The translations under genes were made by a program, and so were the position numbers. DNA of 64,000 bases, taken from contig SHMW01000004.1 in NCBI GenBank assembly GCA_008080735.1, positions 32,001-96,000 of the forward strand. Direction: 5' to 3'. The DNA comes from Promethearchaeota archaeon (GTDB taxonomy: Archaea; Asgardarchaeota; Lokiarchaeia; Sigyniarchaeales; SOKP01). The notes beneath the pieces are model-generated. The model did not search any database and was not told the DNA's origin. It saw nothing but the letters and a program-made list of their open reading frames with translations. Positions 1 to 10,366 of this stretch are shown here, piece after piece (position 1 is the first letter of the stretch; every line of letters begins with the position of its first letter).

Positions 1-550
1 TAAAAGAAATAATGATAATTCCAACTACGATTAATAACGCATTTTTCCTAACCCACCCTGAACCCCGAATTGCGATAATTAAATGTATTATCAAAGGAAA
101 TATTATCATGAGGAATGTACCGATATTGAGGAGGATTGAGGCCATGCTTTTATTGAAAATAGCGATATATAATATACTAATAATAAGACTTATGATGGTA
201 AAAATATATTTTGTCTTTTTATACACGTATTTTTCGAGCAGGAAATTTAAAAGTGTCAATCCAGTTAACAAAATAATGTTTCCAATTCTCCACAGGATAT
301 CAGAGATATCATCAGGGGCGAAAAAGTCGTGGTAGAAGAAAAAGAATCTGTATATACCCAGTATTGAGAATAATAACACAATCCCAACGATATAAGTTTT
401 TGTTTGTTCATTTTCAAAGAATCCTTCTTTTCTATAATACATAAACGCAAAAAGTGCAATTAGAAATAATCCTATTCCATTAGTAATCTGTGAAATCATC
501 ATTATTGTCCGAATTGGCTCGGGATAGTCATAAGCAGAAACCAAAATCAT
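1..550 (-). CDS. multi-pass membrane protein, runs off the window start (partial)
   Basis: Manual translation from ATG at 550: MILVSAYDYPEPIRTIMMISQITNGIGLFLIALFAFMYY...; several hydrophobic helices; absent from the ORF track, presumably because it has no stop in the window. Confidence 0.7.
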   Translation of the reverse strand, partial: MILVSAYDYPEPIRTIMMISQITNGIGLFLIALFAFMYYRKEGFFENEQTKTYIVGIVLLFSILGIYRFFFFYHDFFAPDDISDILWRIGNIILLTGLTLLNFLLEKYVYKKTKYIFTIISLIISILYIAIFNKSMASILLNIGTFLMIIFPLIIHLIIAIRGSGWVRKNALLIVVGIIIISF

Positions 551-784
551 CTATTATATTCTCTGTTTGGTAATTTTGTTCTCAGTATAAATAATCAATT
601 TTTTCATATATTTTTTTCTATAAGCAATTCTACAACAAAGGCAAAAATTAAATAGTGGCTAAAAAATGAACTCTTCCTATGAATTCTCTTCTTAGACCAA
701 ACTTTTTTAGGAAATTAAGATATATAGAAAATCTATAGCAAAACTATAAATCTCTTTACCAATATTACTTTAAAGGAGTCAAAT

Positions 785-2041
785 ATGATTAATCATGATG
801 TAATAATCATCGGGGCGGGATTAGCGGGCTTAACTGCTGCATATAATTTAGCAAAAGAAGAAGTTGATGTAAAAGTGTTTGATCGTTTACCAAAAAGTGG
901 GATCCTTGACCATCCGTGCGGCTGTATGGTGTCTCCGGTTCCGAATTCTATCACTTTTAAGAACTCGTCCGAAGGTATCCTCTATAAAGAAGTGGATTTC
1001 TTATTTACCGAGGATATGATTTTAGAATATCCTGGAAAGATGGAATTTATCATGCCTAACGGATGTAAGTTTGGAATGGCTATTGAAAATCCGCAAGACG
1101 AGCAAATATTTCAAATCGATAAGGAGAAAGTTTTAATTGAGTTGGCAGAACGCGCAGAAAGGGAGGGTGCACAATTGGAATACGGAACCAATGTATCAAA
1201 GTTATTGATCGAAAAAGGCCAAGTGAAAGGGATCCTCGCGAGCGGTCAGCAGGTTAGAAGCCACCTAGTACTATCGGGAGAAGGCTTATCTCGACGGTTT
1301 TCATATCAAGCGGGTCTGTTTGATTCTGATCCAGAAGCCTATATTTTTTCGTATGCAGTTCACCTGCTAGACTTGCATCTCAAAAAAGAAGAAATCGGAC
1401 AAATAGGTTATTTTGGAGAAAATCTCGTACAAATCCCTAAATCATCGGTCATTTTCCATTCTTATGGTGATGATAAAGCATTAATTTTGATTTCTGTCTT
1501 ATTAGATGAGTATAAATGGTTCTTTGATAAGTCCGTAGAAGAATATTTACTCAATGCAATCTCCAAAGTACCCTTTTTGGAAGAAATATACAAAAGAGGA
1601 AAAGCTTATGAAAAAAATGCTTGCTGGATGAAAATTGCTAAACCTAAAAAATTAGTAGACCACGGGTTTATTGGAATGGGAGATAGCGTGGCTCCTTTAG
1701 GGCATTCATCCAATAGTATCGCAATGTTAATGGGAAAAGAAGCCGCAAATACCGCAATAGAAGCATTGCAAACTCAAGATTATTCTTATTCTGCCCTTAA
1801 ATCTTATAACAAATGGTTAGAGAGTGATTTGTTTGGTGGAGTAGAATTTGAAGCAAAGTTAATTATGACTCTCCTAAATTTTTCAGACTCGGACTTAAAT
1901 AAAATCTGCAACGCTTTTGAAGGGATCAATCTCGAACCGTTTTTCATAGGAAGTAGATGGGATATTATTAAGGCGTCACTCAAATTGTTGTTTAAGAAAC
2001 GAATTCTAAAAAATTGGAAATTAATACGGCAATTATTTTAA
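785..2041 (+). CDS. FAD-dependent oxidoreductase, geranylgeranyl reductase/FixC-like family
   Basis: N-terminal DVIIIGAGLAG Rossmann motif, PCG motif, GD motif (GMGDSVAP); AGGAG SD upstream. Confidence 0.75.
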   Translation: MINHDVIIIGAGLAGLTAAYNLAKEEVDVKVFDRLPKSGILDHPCGCMVSPVPNSITFKNSSEGILYKEVDFLFTEDMILEYPGKMEFIMPNGCKFGMAIENPQDEQIFQIDKEKVLIELAERAEREGAQLEYGTNVSKLLIEKGQVKGILASGQQVRSHLVLSGEGLSRRFSYQAGLFDSDPEAYIFSYAVHLLDLHLKKEEIGQIGYFGENLVQIPKSSVIFHSYGDDKALILISVLLDEYKWFFDKSVEEYLLNAISKVPFLEEIYKRGKAYEKNACWMKIAKPKKLVDHGFIGMGDSVAPLGHSSNSIAMLMGKEAANTAIEALQTQDYSYSALKSYNKWLESDLFGGVEFEAKLIMTLLNFSDSDLNKICNAFEGINLEPFFIGSRWDIIKASLKLLFKKRILKNWKLIRQLF

Positions 2042-2097
2042 GTTAATGCAAATAGAATCGGAAAATAAAAAGAAAAGTAGGTTCCCCTATGATACTC

Positions 2098-3252
2098 CTA
2101 TATATTTAGAGGGTATTTCCCATATTTGAGAGCAGTTTCAATCATCCATTCAAGCCGTTGTACCGAAATCTCTGGATGGAAGTTAGCAGGTGATACCATT
2201 CCTCCTCCTCCCGGACCCAATGCTCTTATCACATCTTTTGTGGCCTCTTCTACTTCTGTCTTATCAGCTTTCGTTAGGATATGTCGCGTATCTATATTTC
2301 CCGACAAGCATATCTTATCTCCTACTTTTTCTTTCGCTAAATATGGATCAACTAAAGGAGGCTCTAAACATTGTAGACCGTCAAAACGACATTCAACAAT
2401 AAAATCTAAAAGACTGGTGACATCACCGTCCGTATGGAGGATGTATTTGCACCCCCATTCGTGGAGTTGATCGGCTACTTCTTGGTATCTGGGTAATAAA
2501 TATTTATTAAAATATTTTGGATTAATCATAGGACCGTGACTATGAGCGATATCGCCTCCTTCAAGGAATATTTTTGCCCCACAATCTTTATATGCTCTGA
2601 AAGTCGTGAGAGTATAATCTGTGGTAAATCTAAATCGCTCCTCGATTAATTTCGGATCGTTTTTCAAAGCGCGTGCAAAATTGGCCATCCCCATCCCCTG
2701 CCACACAGGAGGAAAAATTGAGGTTAAAGCATTTTGAGCCACAATACAGATATCATCTTTAATATCTCTGCATTTTCGCTGGACTCCTTTAAAAAACTTT
2801 TTGGCTTTTTTATATTCCTCCTTCAAGTCTGGTTTGGGGTATGCTTCCCAATCGTCTCGATCTTTGATATACCCCCCATAATAATCGGGATAGGGGTTTC
2901 CATCAATATTCCTAACTTTATGCCGTTTTCCAAAAATATCGGTCATTTCCTCCTTACTTTCTAAAATAAATGGAATATATTGTACTCCCACACCATCAAA
3001 TCCTAATTTATGTCCCGCTCGCACCGTTTTTGCGAAAAACGAGATCTGGATATCGTTGAGAATTGCGTTTATTTTGTCAGCCCATGTATCTGGAAACTTT
3101 TCTTCCATCTCATCAAAGACATCGAATGCACTGCTCTCTGGAGCGCCCAATATCTTATCTGCGACATTCCCATCTAAATTTATTGTATGAATTGGCATAC
3201 GGTCAGCTTTGTCTAAATTTAGTGCCGTCCACATTCTTTCAAAACTATTCAT
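2098..3252 (-). CDS. uroporphyrinogen decarboxylase (UroD/MtaA superfamily) protein
   Basis: MNSFERMWTAL..DRMP start, DIAHSHGPMINP, HTDG, GNID, GGGMVSPAN, final KYGKYPL. Confidence 0.8.
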   Translation of the reverse strand: MNSFERMWTALNLDKADRMPIHTINLDGNVADKILGAPESSAFDVFDEMEEKFPDTWADKINAILNDIQISFFAKTVRAGHKLGFDGVGVQYIPFILESKEEMTDIFGKRHKVRNIDGNPYPDYYGGYIKDRDDWEAYPKPDLKEEYKKAKKFFKGVQRKCRDIKDDICIVAQNALTSIFPPVWQGMGMANFARALKNDPKLIEERFRFTTDYTLTTFRAYKDCGAKIFLEGGDIAHSHGPMINPKYFNKYLLPRYQEVADQLHEWGCKYILHTDGDVTSLLDFIVECRFDGLQCLEPPLVDPYLAKEKVGDKICLSGNIDTRHILTKADKTEVEEATKDVIRALGPGGGGMVSPANFHPEISVQRLEWMIETALKYGKYPLNI

Positions 3253-3480
3253 AATTAAAGGTTTGACGTAATCAAATAAAACTTTTGCTTCTTACAAAAA
3301 AGAAATCGACAGAAGGTCGATCGCTTTGTATTCAAAATTCATTAAGGAACATGGGAATAAATTATGGAAATTAATAGGTAAGGATGCATTTTCTTCAAAA
3401 ACAGAAAAGAAAATAACCCTTGTTTAATTGGTTCAAACGAGAAGGAAAGATTTTTCTCAAAATCACTCAGAAATTATGAG

Positions 3481-4887
3481 GTGTGGAAAATGTCAAAAAA
3501 AATAAATATGGATACAAATGAAATAGGTTACTATTCTAAACTTCTATTGTCATATTCTCCTAAAAGGGTCGTAAAATATCCGACATCTAAGACAGAGGAG
3601 ATCAGAGTTTTGAGGGTTATATGTCAGCGTCCTTATTATACGGGTTCAGGAATCAATCATGTAAACTTACTTCAAAAAGGGAAAGAAAAAGGCATTAAAC
3701 AAGCCTCAGTTTTTGGTCACCCCGTCGAGGAACCATATCCGCTCAATAATATCTTAGATTCCGAATACACTTATCCAATCACTTTTTTTAACCCAAAAAG
3801 ATCTGATAATGCTTCCGATGTTCCTTTCCCCGTCCCGGGGATGTCGGATGAAATGCCTTATGAATCCACCACCTTCTCCAGATTTGATGAAGAAATGCTG
3901 GAGATCTATTTAGAACAATTTGCGAACCAATTACAAGCAGCAGTCAGTACATTCCAACCAAATATCATCCATTCCCATCACCTCTGGTTGGTCACCTCTT
4001 TATGTAGGGTACTCTTTCCTGAGATTCCTCTAGTCGCAACGTGCCATAATACCGCGCTCCGTCAGATGGAATTAGCTCCTCAGTTACGGGATTTTGTCAA
4101 ATCAACAACTTGGGGGATAGATGCAATCGCAGTAATCGACGAGATACAGCAAAAACGAGTTGAAGAAGTATATGACTTTAATGAAGTAATTCAAGAGAGA
4201 GACCAATTTTTTCATATTGGACAAGGGATAAATACCACTATCTTCTCTCCTCCAAAAAAACCTAAGACAAGAGATTCTGACGAACCAATCAACCTCATTT
4301 ATGTGGGGAAACTAAATTATTCTAAAGGAGTACCTCAGCTCATCAGAGCATTCAAAGAGGTTGCGAAGGAAAGTACCATTCCTCTTCGATTGAATATTAT
4401 TGGCTCAGGGCAAGGACCACAAAAAGAGGAGATAACCTCTATAGGAAAAGAATGCGGTGAGGACGTGTGCTTTTTAGGACAACTGGATCAAGAAACACTT
4501 GCCAAATACTTTCGAAAAAGTGATCTGTTCGTGTTGCCAAGTTTTTATGATGGGCTACCAAAAGTATTACTTGAGGCGCTCTCTTCAGGATGCAGAGCCA
4601 TTATTACCGATCTCCCCGGAATACAAACAACCTTAATAAATAAATGCGGCCCGAATCAGACCGTCCAATTTATTTCAATGCCGGAAATGAAATCTATTGA
4701 CGAACCTCTTTCCGAAGAAATTCCGGAGTTTGTTGAGAATCTAAAAGGTTTGATTAAAAAACAGATTTCTGCTATTCGAGAACAAGAATATAGCTTTGAA
4801 TATGCCCAAGAAGTAAGACGCGCGTTTGGGTGGGACGCTCTATTTCAAACCTATATAGAAAAATATAGACAATTGCTTAATCTTTAA
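3481..4887 (+). CDS. glycosyltransferase family 4
   Basis: TGSG, PFPVPGMSDEMPY, HSHHLW, YVGKLNYSKG, LFVLPSFYDGLPKVLLEAL; true start may be a few codons downstream. Confidence 0.85.
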   Translation: MWKMSKKINMDTNEIGYYSKLLLSYSPKRVVKYPTSKTEEIRVLRVICQRPYYTGSGINHVNLLQKGKEKGIKQASVFGHPVEEPYPLNNILDSEYTYPITFFNPKRSDNASDVPFPVPGMSDEMPYESTTFSRFDEEMLEIYLEQFANQLQAAVSTFQPNIIHSHHLWLVTSLCRVLFPEIPLVATCHNTALRQMELAPQLRDFVKSTTWGIDAIAVIDEIQQKRVEEVYDFNEVIQERDQFFHIGQGINTTIFSPPKKPKTRDSDEPINLIYVGKLNYSKGVPQLIRAFKEVAKESTIPLRLNIIGSGQGPQKEEITSIGKECGEDVCFLGQLDQETLAKYFRKSDLFVLPSFYDGLPKVLLEALSSGCRAIITDLPGIQTTLINKCGPNQTVQFISMPEMKSIDEPLSEEIPEFVENLKGLIKKQISAIREQEYSFEYAQEVRRAFGWDALFQTYIEKYRQLLNL

Positions 4888-4971
4888 TTTTAATTTTTTC
4901 CAAAAATTTTGAGGATGCGTTTGCTTATCATCTAACGAAAAATAAAAAAAGTGAATAGATCTCAAAACCAC

Positions 4972-6819
4972 TTATTTGCAAACATTTTTTCGCTTAATAT
5001 CTACATAATCGGGCATTCGATATTCCCTAAATATATTGATTAATGCTTCTGTTCCGTGATCCATCGCATATTGTATCTCTTCATAATATAAGGGTACTAA
5101 TTGGAGAAAATATATCGCTTTATGTTTATTTATCTTTAAAGTATTGAACTCTTGCGGAATATCACCCATCGGAAAGGTGAATAACCATCCAGTTAACTCT
5201 GTATTCTCAGAGAATGCATCATTTCTCTGCCCTCGCATTGTATGATTTACCCAAAACCATTCTTTATTTTTATGAACATATTCAATAAGATGTAAAAGTT
5301 CTTCGAATGGCCAAGAATAATTGTTTTTCTCAATTTTCCCCTCGGGCATTGGCCAATCTGGAGGTAATTTAATCATCAGTTCCGCAAACCTTAATTCAAA
5401 AATCGCGCGATCCTTTTCTGCTACGTTCATCCTCTCGAAATCGAGCCCCCACCATTTCCAAGAATCTGGAGGGGCATGCATCGGCTTTTCACTCATTCCC
5501 GAGGTAATCAATAGATAATTATTTCTTTCTTTTGTAGGTGGGACAATAAAAATATCTATATGAACCTCAAAATCGCTTCTATCGTGGAGGACATTACCTA
5601 TCTTACCTATATATCTTTCAATATGCTCTTCAATTAATCTAAAGTTTGAATGCAAATGTGATGAATGGTCCTCACTCATTTCTTTTGATAATTTCATTTC
5701 TTCCATTTGACCAGAAACCCACATATGAGACTCTGGATTATCTGTGTTATCAATCCGATGATAAAATGCTTCTCTGATAGAATTCAAGGGCGTTAATGAG
5801 AGCGGATCTGTTCCCAATAACTTTATCCATGCTTTCTTTCTTAATTCTGGATTATAATAATTTTGCGAATTTAAAAAATGCGATTTATTCAAGGCTTTAG
5901 GTGTCCATCCTAAAGTTTCCGTAATTGCTTCTGCAATCTTCTCATTAGGTTTAATAGAGTGTTCAGAAACACTTAAGATTTCACTTGTCAAAGACGCTAT
6001 AATTGCAATCCATACCAAATATCCCTCTAAGATATCTTCGATTGTCTGAATTACATTCAATTTTGGGAATTTAGATTTTTTCCCTTCAAATTTTTTCCCG
6101 ATTTCTTGAATCAATTTATATAATTGCCCTAAAATACCCTCAACTTCGGGGAACATCTTGTTGTATTTATTATATTTTATTCTAATGGAGTTTTGCACTT
6201 CTCGGAAAAGGCGTTTGGACTCACGAATGATCCAATCGGCACTCGATTTTTGAGCGATCTCTTGCTTTAGCTCAGATAAGATGCTCTTAAATCTTTTTTT
6301 TGTCTTTTTCGCTTTTTTTGATTTTCCAGAAAGTTGATATGCTTTGATTAAATTTTGCCAAATAACAAATTGTCTGGGATAGATTTGCAAACCGAGTTGA
6401 AAAGTTTCAATTGCCTTCTCATAATTCTTCTTGTCAAGATAATTCATCCCGATCCCAAATTGCGGAAATGAATATGAGAATTTACGCGTGTCCTCTAAAT
6501 GCCAGCCCGATAACTCAGCAGCATTTCGTTTAGTTTCCTCCAATGGTTTCCCAGTGAGGCATCCTAAGACTCCATAATAAAAAAATTCGAAATCGATCTC
6601 CATTATCGGAAGCTCGAAACGATAGGTGCTTTTGAAATGTTTCACGAGCTCTTGCTTTGAGATTAAGGTTTCATTTCCCAGGAAATGATTTTTAATCTCG
6701 GTTAGAAGGATCCCTTGTTCAGAAAGCTTTTTCATATCTGGTTGCTTTTGAATTTTTCTCTCCTCATCTACTCTTTGGTTTAATTGATGTGATTTAAAAC
6801 ATTTGAAATAACACATCAT
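4972..6819 (-). CDS. TPR-containing protein with C-terminal Suppressor-of-fused (SUFU)-like domain
   Basis: TPR-like segment GMNYLDKKNYEKAIETFQLGLQIYP; C-terminal HIDIFIVPP..LITSGMS..AELMIKLPPDWP..FLQLVPLYYEE..KRKNVC; start uncertain. Confidence 0.7.
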   Translation of the reverse strand: MMCYFKCFKSHQLNQRVDEERKIQKQPDMKKLSEQGILLTEIKNHFLGNETLISKQELVKHFKSTYRFELPIMEIDFEFFYYGVLGCLTGKPLEETKRNAAELSGWHLEDTRKFSYSFPQFGIGMNYLDKKNYEKAIETFQLGLQIYPRQFVIWQNLIKAYQLSGKSKKAKKTKKRFKSILSELKQEIAQKSSADWIIRESKRLFREVQNSIRIKYNKYNKMFPEVEGILGQLYKLIQEIGKKFEGKKSKFPKLNVIQTIEDILEGYLVWIAIIASLTSEILSVSEHSIKPNEKIAEAITETLGWTPKALNKSHFLNSQNYYNPELRKKAWIKLLGTDPLSLTPLNSIREAFYHRIDNTDNPESHMWVSGQMEEMKLSKEMSEDHSSHLHSNFRLIEEHIERYIGKIGNVLHDRSDFEVHIDIFIVPPTKERNNYLLITSGMSEKPMHAPPDSWKWWGLDFERMNVAEKDRAIFELRFAELMIKLPPDWPMPEGKIEKNNYSWPFEELLHLIEYVHKNKEWFWVNHTMRGQRNDAFSENTELTGWLFTFPMGDIPQEFNTLKINKHKAIYFLQLVPLYYEEIQYAMDHGTEALINIFREYRMPDYVDIKRKNVCK

Positions 6820-7182
6820 ATTTTGTCTTGTGTCTTCTTCTCTCTTAATCTATATAAGCTTAACTGATAATTCATCGATTATTATTTCTGAGATTCTACA
6901 TGCTAAGTATGTGAAAAACATTTCTCTCATGATTTCAATAGTCTTTTTGCTTCTCTCGAAAAAGACCATAATAACTATAGAGTGGATGCTCTATTTATAA
7001 ATTTCAATTCAGTTTTTCTTTAGAGTCAGTAAGACTTTTTAGACCTGAATGTCAGAATTTTATAGAAAAGGTTCTTAAGATTTGGTTCATGATTCCGGTC
7101 AATAGCGAAAATCTTTCTTGTATACAAATGGATATACAATTCTAAAAATAAAAAATAGGAAAATAAAAAATAAAGTGAAGAT

Positions 7183-8592
7183 TTACTCTTCTTCTGGCTC
7201 AAAGCGGGTAAGCTCTAAGATGTAGTCCTCTGAGGGTTTCTCTTGGACATCAAGAAGATCGTATTTATCGATCATCTCGAGAATACCCAACACTTCCATG
7301 CCATGCTCGTACAATTCATTCGCATCTGACAGATTTCTCCAGCAGAACGGACATTCCGTTGTCAAGATATCTGCACCCACGGCATTCGCTTCGTCACATC
7401 GTAAGCTCGCAGTTCTGAGTGAGAAATCAGGATAACCTGCTCGGACTCCACCGCCCGCACCGCAGCACATCGAATTCATCTTAATACGATACATCTCTTG
7501 GAATTCAATACCCACGTCTTCTTCCAATTGCCTTAAGATGGTTCTGGGTTTATCAAACCATTCCTCGAGCTTCTGATCAAGCTTTCGAATATCGAACATT
7601 AAGTTCTTGCTCTGATCAATTAATTCTTGCTCGAAATCCACTCCAAAGTGTCTCCCAGTGTGGCAAGGGTCGTGGTATGTGACCTTTTTGCCTTTTAATT
7701 CTTTGTTCGCTTTGAATTTGATCTTTCCATCCTTAATCAGTTTGGCAATCAGTTCGAACGCGTGAAGAGTCTCAAATGGGAGATCCTCATCTTCGCTCAT
7801 CCATTTCGGATAATCGATGGTAAAGGTTCTGTAGCATCCCGCACATGAGAAAAAGACCTTCTTTAAGTTCTTGAAGCTTTCAAGGTTCTTGTTCATAAGT
7901 TCTTGGGCAGTATCTACAGCGCCTACTCTGAAGAACGGACTTCCACAGCACACTTCATCGGAAATTAAGGTGAAATTGATTCCAAGCTTCTCGAAGATCT
8001 TACATGTTGCCTCGGCAATGTTTTTCTGACGATAGCTCGCGGTACAACCTACATAATAACCGATCGTTGCGTCCTTGTTGTCAATGTATTTTTCTAATCC
8101 CGCATCTTTGGCCCATTGGAATCTCTCGCCCGCCTTACCACCGTATGGGTTGTTTAATTCCTTTACTAATCTATCGACTAATTGATGTTTGTCGATCATC
8201 GGTACTCCTGCTTCTACACACGCAGCTCGGAGAGATTCGATAATATCGACGGTTGGAACCTTGTTTTCGCATTGCGCAGAACACATACCGCATGTAATAC
8301 ATGGCATGATGACATCTCGAACCGACTCGGAAAATTCCAAATCACCGCTCAAAATTGAACGCGCAATCCAGATTTTTCCGGCATTCCAAAATGCTTCCCA
8401 TCCGTATTCTATCCCTGCTGGACAAGAGTCCACCATACCTTCATACAGAACGGTTTTTTGTTTCCCTTCATATTCACCAATACCCTTTTGGCTTGGTTTA
8501 CCAGAATATGCGAATCGGCATGCTTTACAATGGATACATCGGAAGACATCATTTTTGAGTTCTTGTAATCTTTCCATTCCAGTTTTTGACAT
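7183..8592 (-). CDS. HdrD/GlpC/GlcF-like Fe-S oxidoreductase (ferredoxin plus two CCG domains)
   Basis: CIHCKAC..CP, CITCGMCSAQC, GC, CCG, CAGC, YHDPCH, CCGAGGG, ECPFC. Confidence 0.9.
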   Translation of the reverse strand: MSKTGMERLQELKNDVFRCIHCKACRFAYSGKPSQKGIGEYEGKQKTVLYEGMVDSCPAGIEYGWEAFWNAGKIWIARSILSGDLEFSESVRDVIMPCITCGMCSAQCENKVPTVDIIESLRAACVEAGVPMIDKHQLVDRLVKELNNPYGGKAGERFQWAKDAGLEKYIDNKDATIGYYVGCTASYRQKNIAEATCKIFEKLGINFTLISDEVCCGSPFFRVGAVDTAQELMNKNLESFKNLKKVFFSCAGCYRTFTIDYPKWMSEDEDLPFETLHAFELIAKLIKDGKIKFKANKELKGKKVTYHDPCHTGRHFGVDFEQELIDQSKNLMFDIRKLDQKLEEWFDKPRTILRQLEEDVGIEFQEMYRIKMNSMCCGAGGGVRAGYPDFSLRTASLRCDEANAVGADILTTECPFCWRNLSDANELYEHGMEVLGILEMIDKYDLLDVQEKPSEDYILELTRFEPEEE

Positions 8593-8618
8593 ATTATTTT
8601 TAACCTCTTTGGTTTAAA

Positions 8619-10133
8619 TTATGGTAGAGCTAATCTACCTGGATGCATTATCATATTAGGATCAACAAGCTTTTTGAAAGCCCTCAAATATTTCCAGTAC
8701 ATTGCTGCATCATAGTACGCTTGAATATGGATATATGGATCTGGTCTGTAATTTAACCAGCCTTGCTTTAATCCGTATTCTGTGGTTTCTCTGTTCAGAT
8801 CTTGGACTTTTTCGAACTCCTTCGGGTCTGTGCTGTCGAAACAGATGATTGGCATACAAATCGCTTGGCGACATCGCTCGATAGACGCAATCCACATTTC
8901 CAGGTGCATCTTGAGGTAAGATGCGATAACTGGTGGAAAGTCGTATTTCTCCATCGCGGCATTATACATCTCGGCGAAGTGAGCACATTCATTCCATGGT
9001 GTGTACCACGTAATAAATAGGAAGCCCGCTTCCCAGAAGCTATACGGAATCGCTATTTTATTCGGTTTCTTCATTCTGCTCTCGATCTGCTTCGGATGTA
9101 ATTCCCACGGTCGCATCGCATCACCGTCTTTCGCTCGATTGGCAGCATAATCCTTACAATGGTTATTAATAGTATCAACAACATGCTCTAACTCTTTCTC
9201 TGATTGTGCCCAGCATTCCCAGTTCATCCACCACTCCGGAATACCAATCTTCTCAAAGAAAGCATATTCGTGAGGAATCTTATCTTTCGGCCATCGAGTC
9301 ATGACTAAGGGATAATTTCCCCCTTGTACCATAACGGTATTGTGAGCAACGCCAAATTCTTTCATACCTAATTCGAGCGTGACATCCTGCATATCATATG
9401 GGTTTGACATACCCCATGCGACCACAGTTTTTGCGTCTGGATGAGGATAAATCTTGACAGCAGCTTTCGTGACAACTCCTAATGCTCCTTGGGAGCCCAT
9501 CAAAAAGGACCACATGTCAGGCCCCAAACCATATTTATAGAACGGTTTTGCGCCTGGAAGAGCCCAAGAGCCAGTTTTTACGACATCACCATTTGGGAAC
9601 ACAATCTCGGCGCACATGAAATTGTCGCCTTGAGGTCCGACCGATGATGTATATAAGGAAAACCCTCTGTCAATCGCATCGCCCATAACGGTCGCCGCGG
9701 GAGGAGCTCCATCCGCGATTGGAGGTGCCCAATCAGGGTGGTTCTTATGCATATATGCCCAGAGCTGCCCGTTCGTGACGCCTGGTTCAATGATCGCATA
9801 ACGATTATCTTCATCGATTTCCAGAATTCTGTCCATCCGTCCTAAATCGAGCATAACGCCCGCTGGTTTAATAGTCGGGCATGCAAACCCTCCGGAGAGT
9901 CCCGCTGAAATGGGAGAGACGGCGATCTTCTCATCAGAACAGTATAAGAGAATCTTTCTGATTTCTTCGACGTATTTGGGTCGCAGTACGACATCAGGAA
10001 TCTGACTTTCCAAGCCCATGACGGATTTTGCGAGGTAGGACGCGGTGATGGCTTCATCCATCGTGGCGTATTCCTTCCCGACGATACCCTCGAAGGCTTG
10101 GAGGTCTTTTTCGGTTGGTGCTTTATAACTCAT
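8619..10133 (-). CDS. FAD-binding oxidoreductase (GlcD/VAO-PCMH family); contains a putative in-frame 30-nt intron
   Basis: PDVVLRP, LDLGRMDRILEID, IEPGVT, GSQGALGVVTKAAVK, DPNMIMHPG; 494 aa if 8898-8927 is removed. Confidence 0.85.
   Translation of the reverse strand: MSYKAPTEKDLQAFEGIVGKEYATMDEAITASYLAKSVMGLESQIPDVVLRPKYVEEIRKILLYCSDEKIAVSPISAGLSGGFACPTIKPAGVMLDLGRMDRILEIDEDNRYAIIEPGVTNGQLWAYMHKNHPDWAPPIADGAPPAATVMGDAIDRGFSLYTSSVGPQGDNFMCAEIVFPNGDVVKTGSWALPGAKPFYKYGLGPDMWSFLMGSQGALGVVTKAAVKIYPHPDAKTVVAWGMSNPYDMQDVTLELGMKEFGVAHNTVMVQGGNYPLVMTRWPKDKIPHEYAFFEKIGIPEWWMNWECWAQSEKELEHVVDTINNHCKDYAANRAKDGDAMRPWELHPKQIESRMKKPNKIAIPYSFWEAGFLFITWYTPWNECAHFAEMYNAAMEKYDFPPVIASYLKMHLEMWIASIERCRQAICMPIICFDSTDPKEFEKVQDLNRETTEYGLKQGWLNYRPDPYIHIQAYYDAAMYWKYLRAFKKLVDPNMIMHPGRLALP
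8898..8927 (-). other. putative BHB/BHL-type mRNA intron, 30 nt, in frame
   Basis: mRNA CA-CCAG-UU^A-UC-GCAUCUU-ACCUC-AAGAUGC-AC-CUGG-AA^A-UG: 4-bp central helix CCAG/CUGG, 3-nt bulges, perfect 7-bp hairpin; splicing gives P-P-V-M-W. Confidence 0.7.
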
Positions 10134-10366
10134 ATTATTCAGCTTTTTCTTTTTTTTATATAGTTAATTTTATAAACTATTAATGTTGTTTTTGAAAATT
10201 AATCGTCCTAATTAAAAATTTCTTATATGTTTTGCATAAAAAGAGTAATGGTTTCTTATAATTTCAATGATGAAGTTTTAAAAGGCGATCATTTGATTTG
10301 CTTATAAAAACTCGGAAAGGTATTTTTGAAGTTTAATACCTTTTTATGAAATTCTTTCCTAATTTC

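Noticed and set aside
6820-6969. Open frame upstream of the SUFU gene separated by a single TAG
   Set aside because: No motif, no pyrrolysine context in the window; could be chance or decay.
7560-7645. Structured, repeat-like insertion after YHDPCHTGRH
   Set aside because: Stems exist, but I found no 4-bp helix with two 3-nt bulges; more likely a protein-level insertion.
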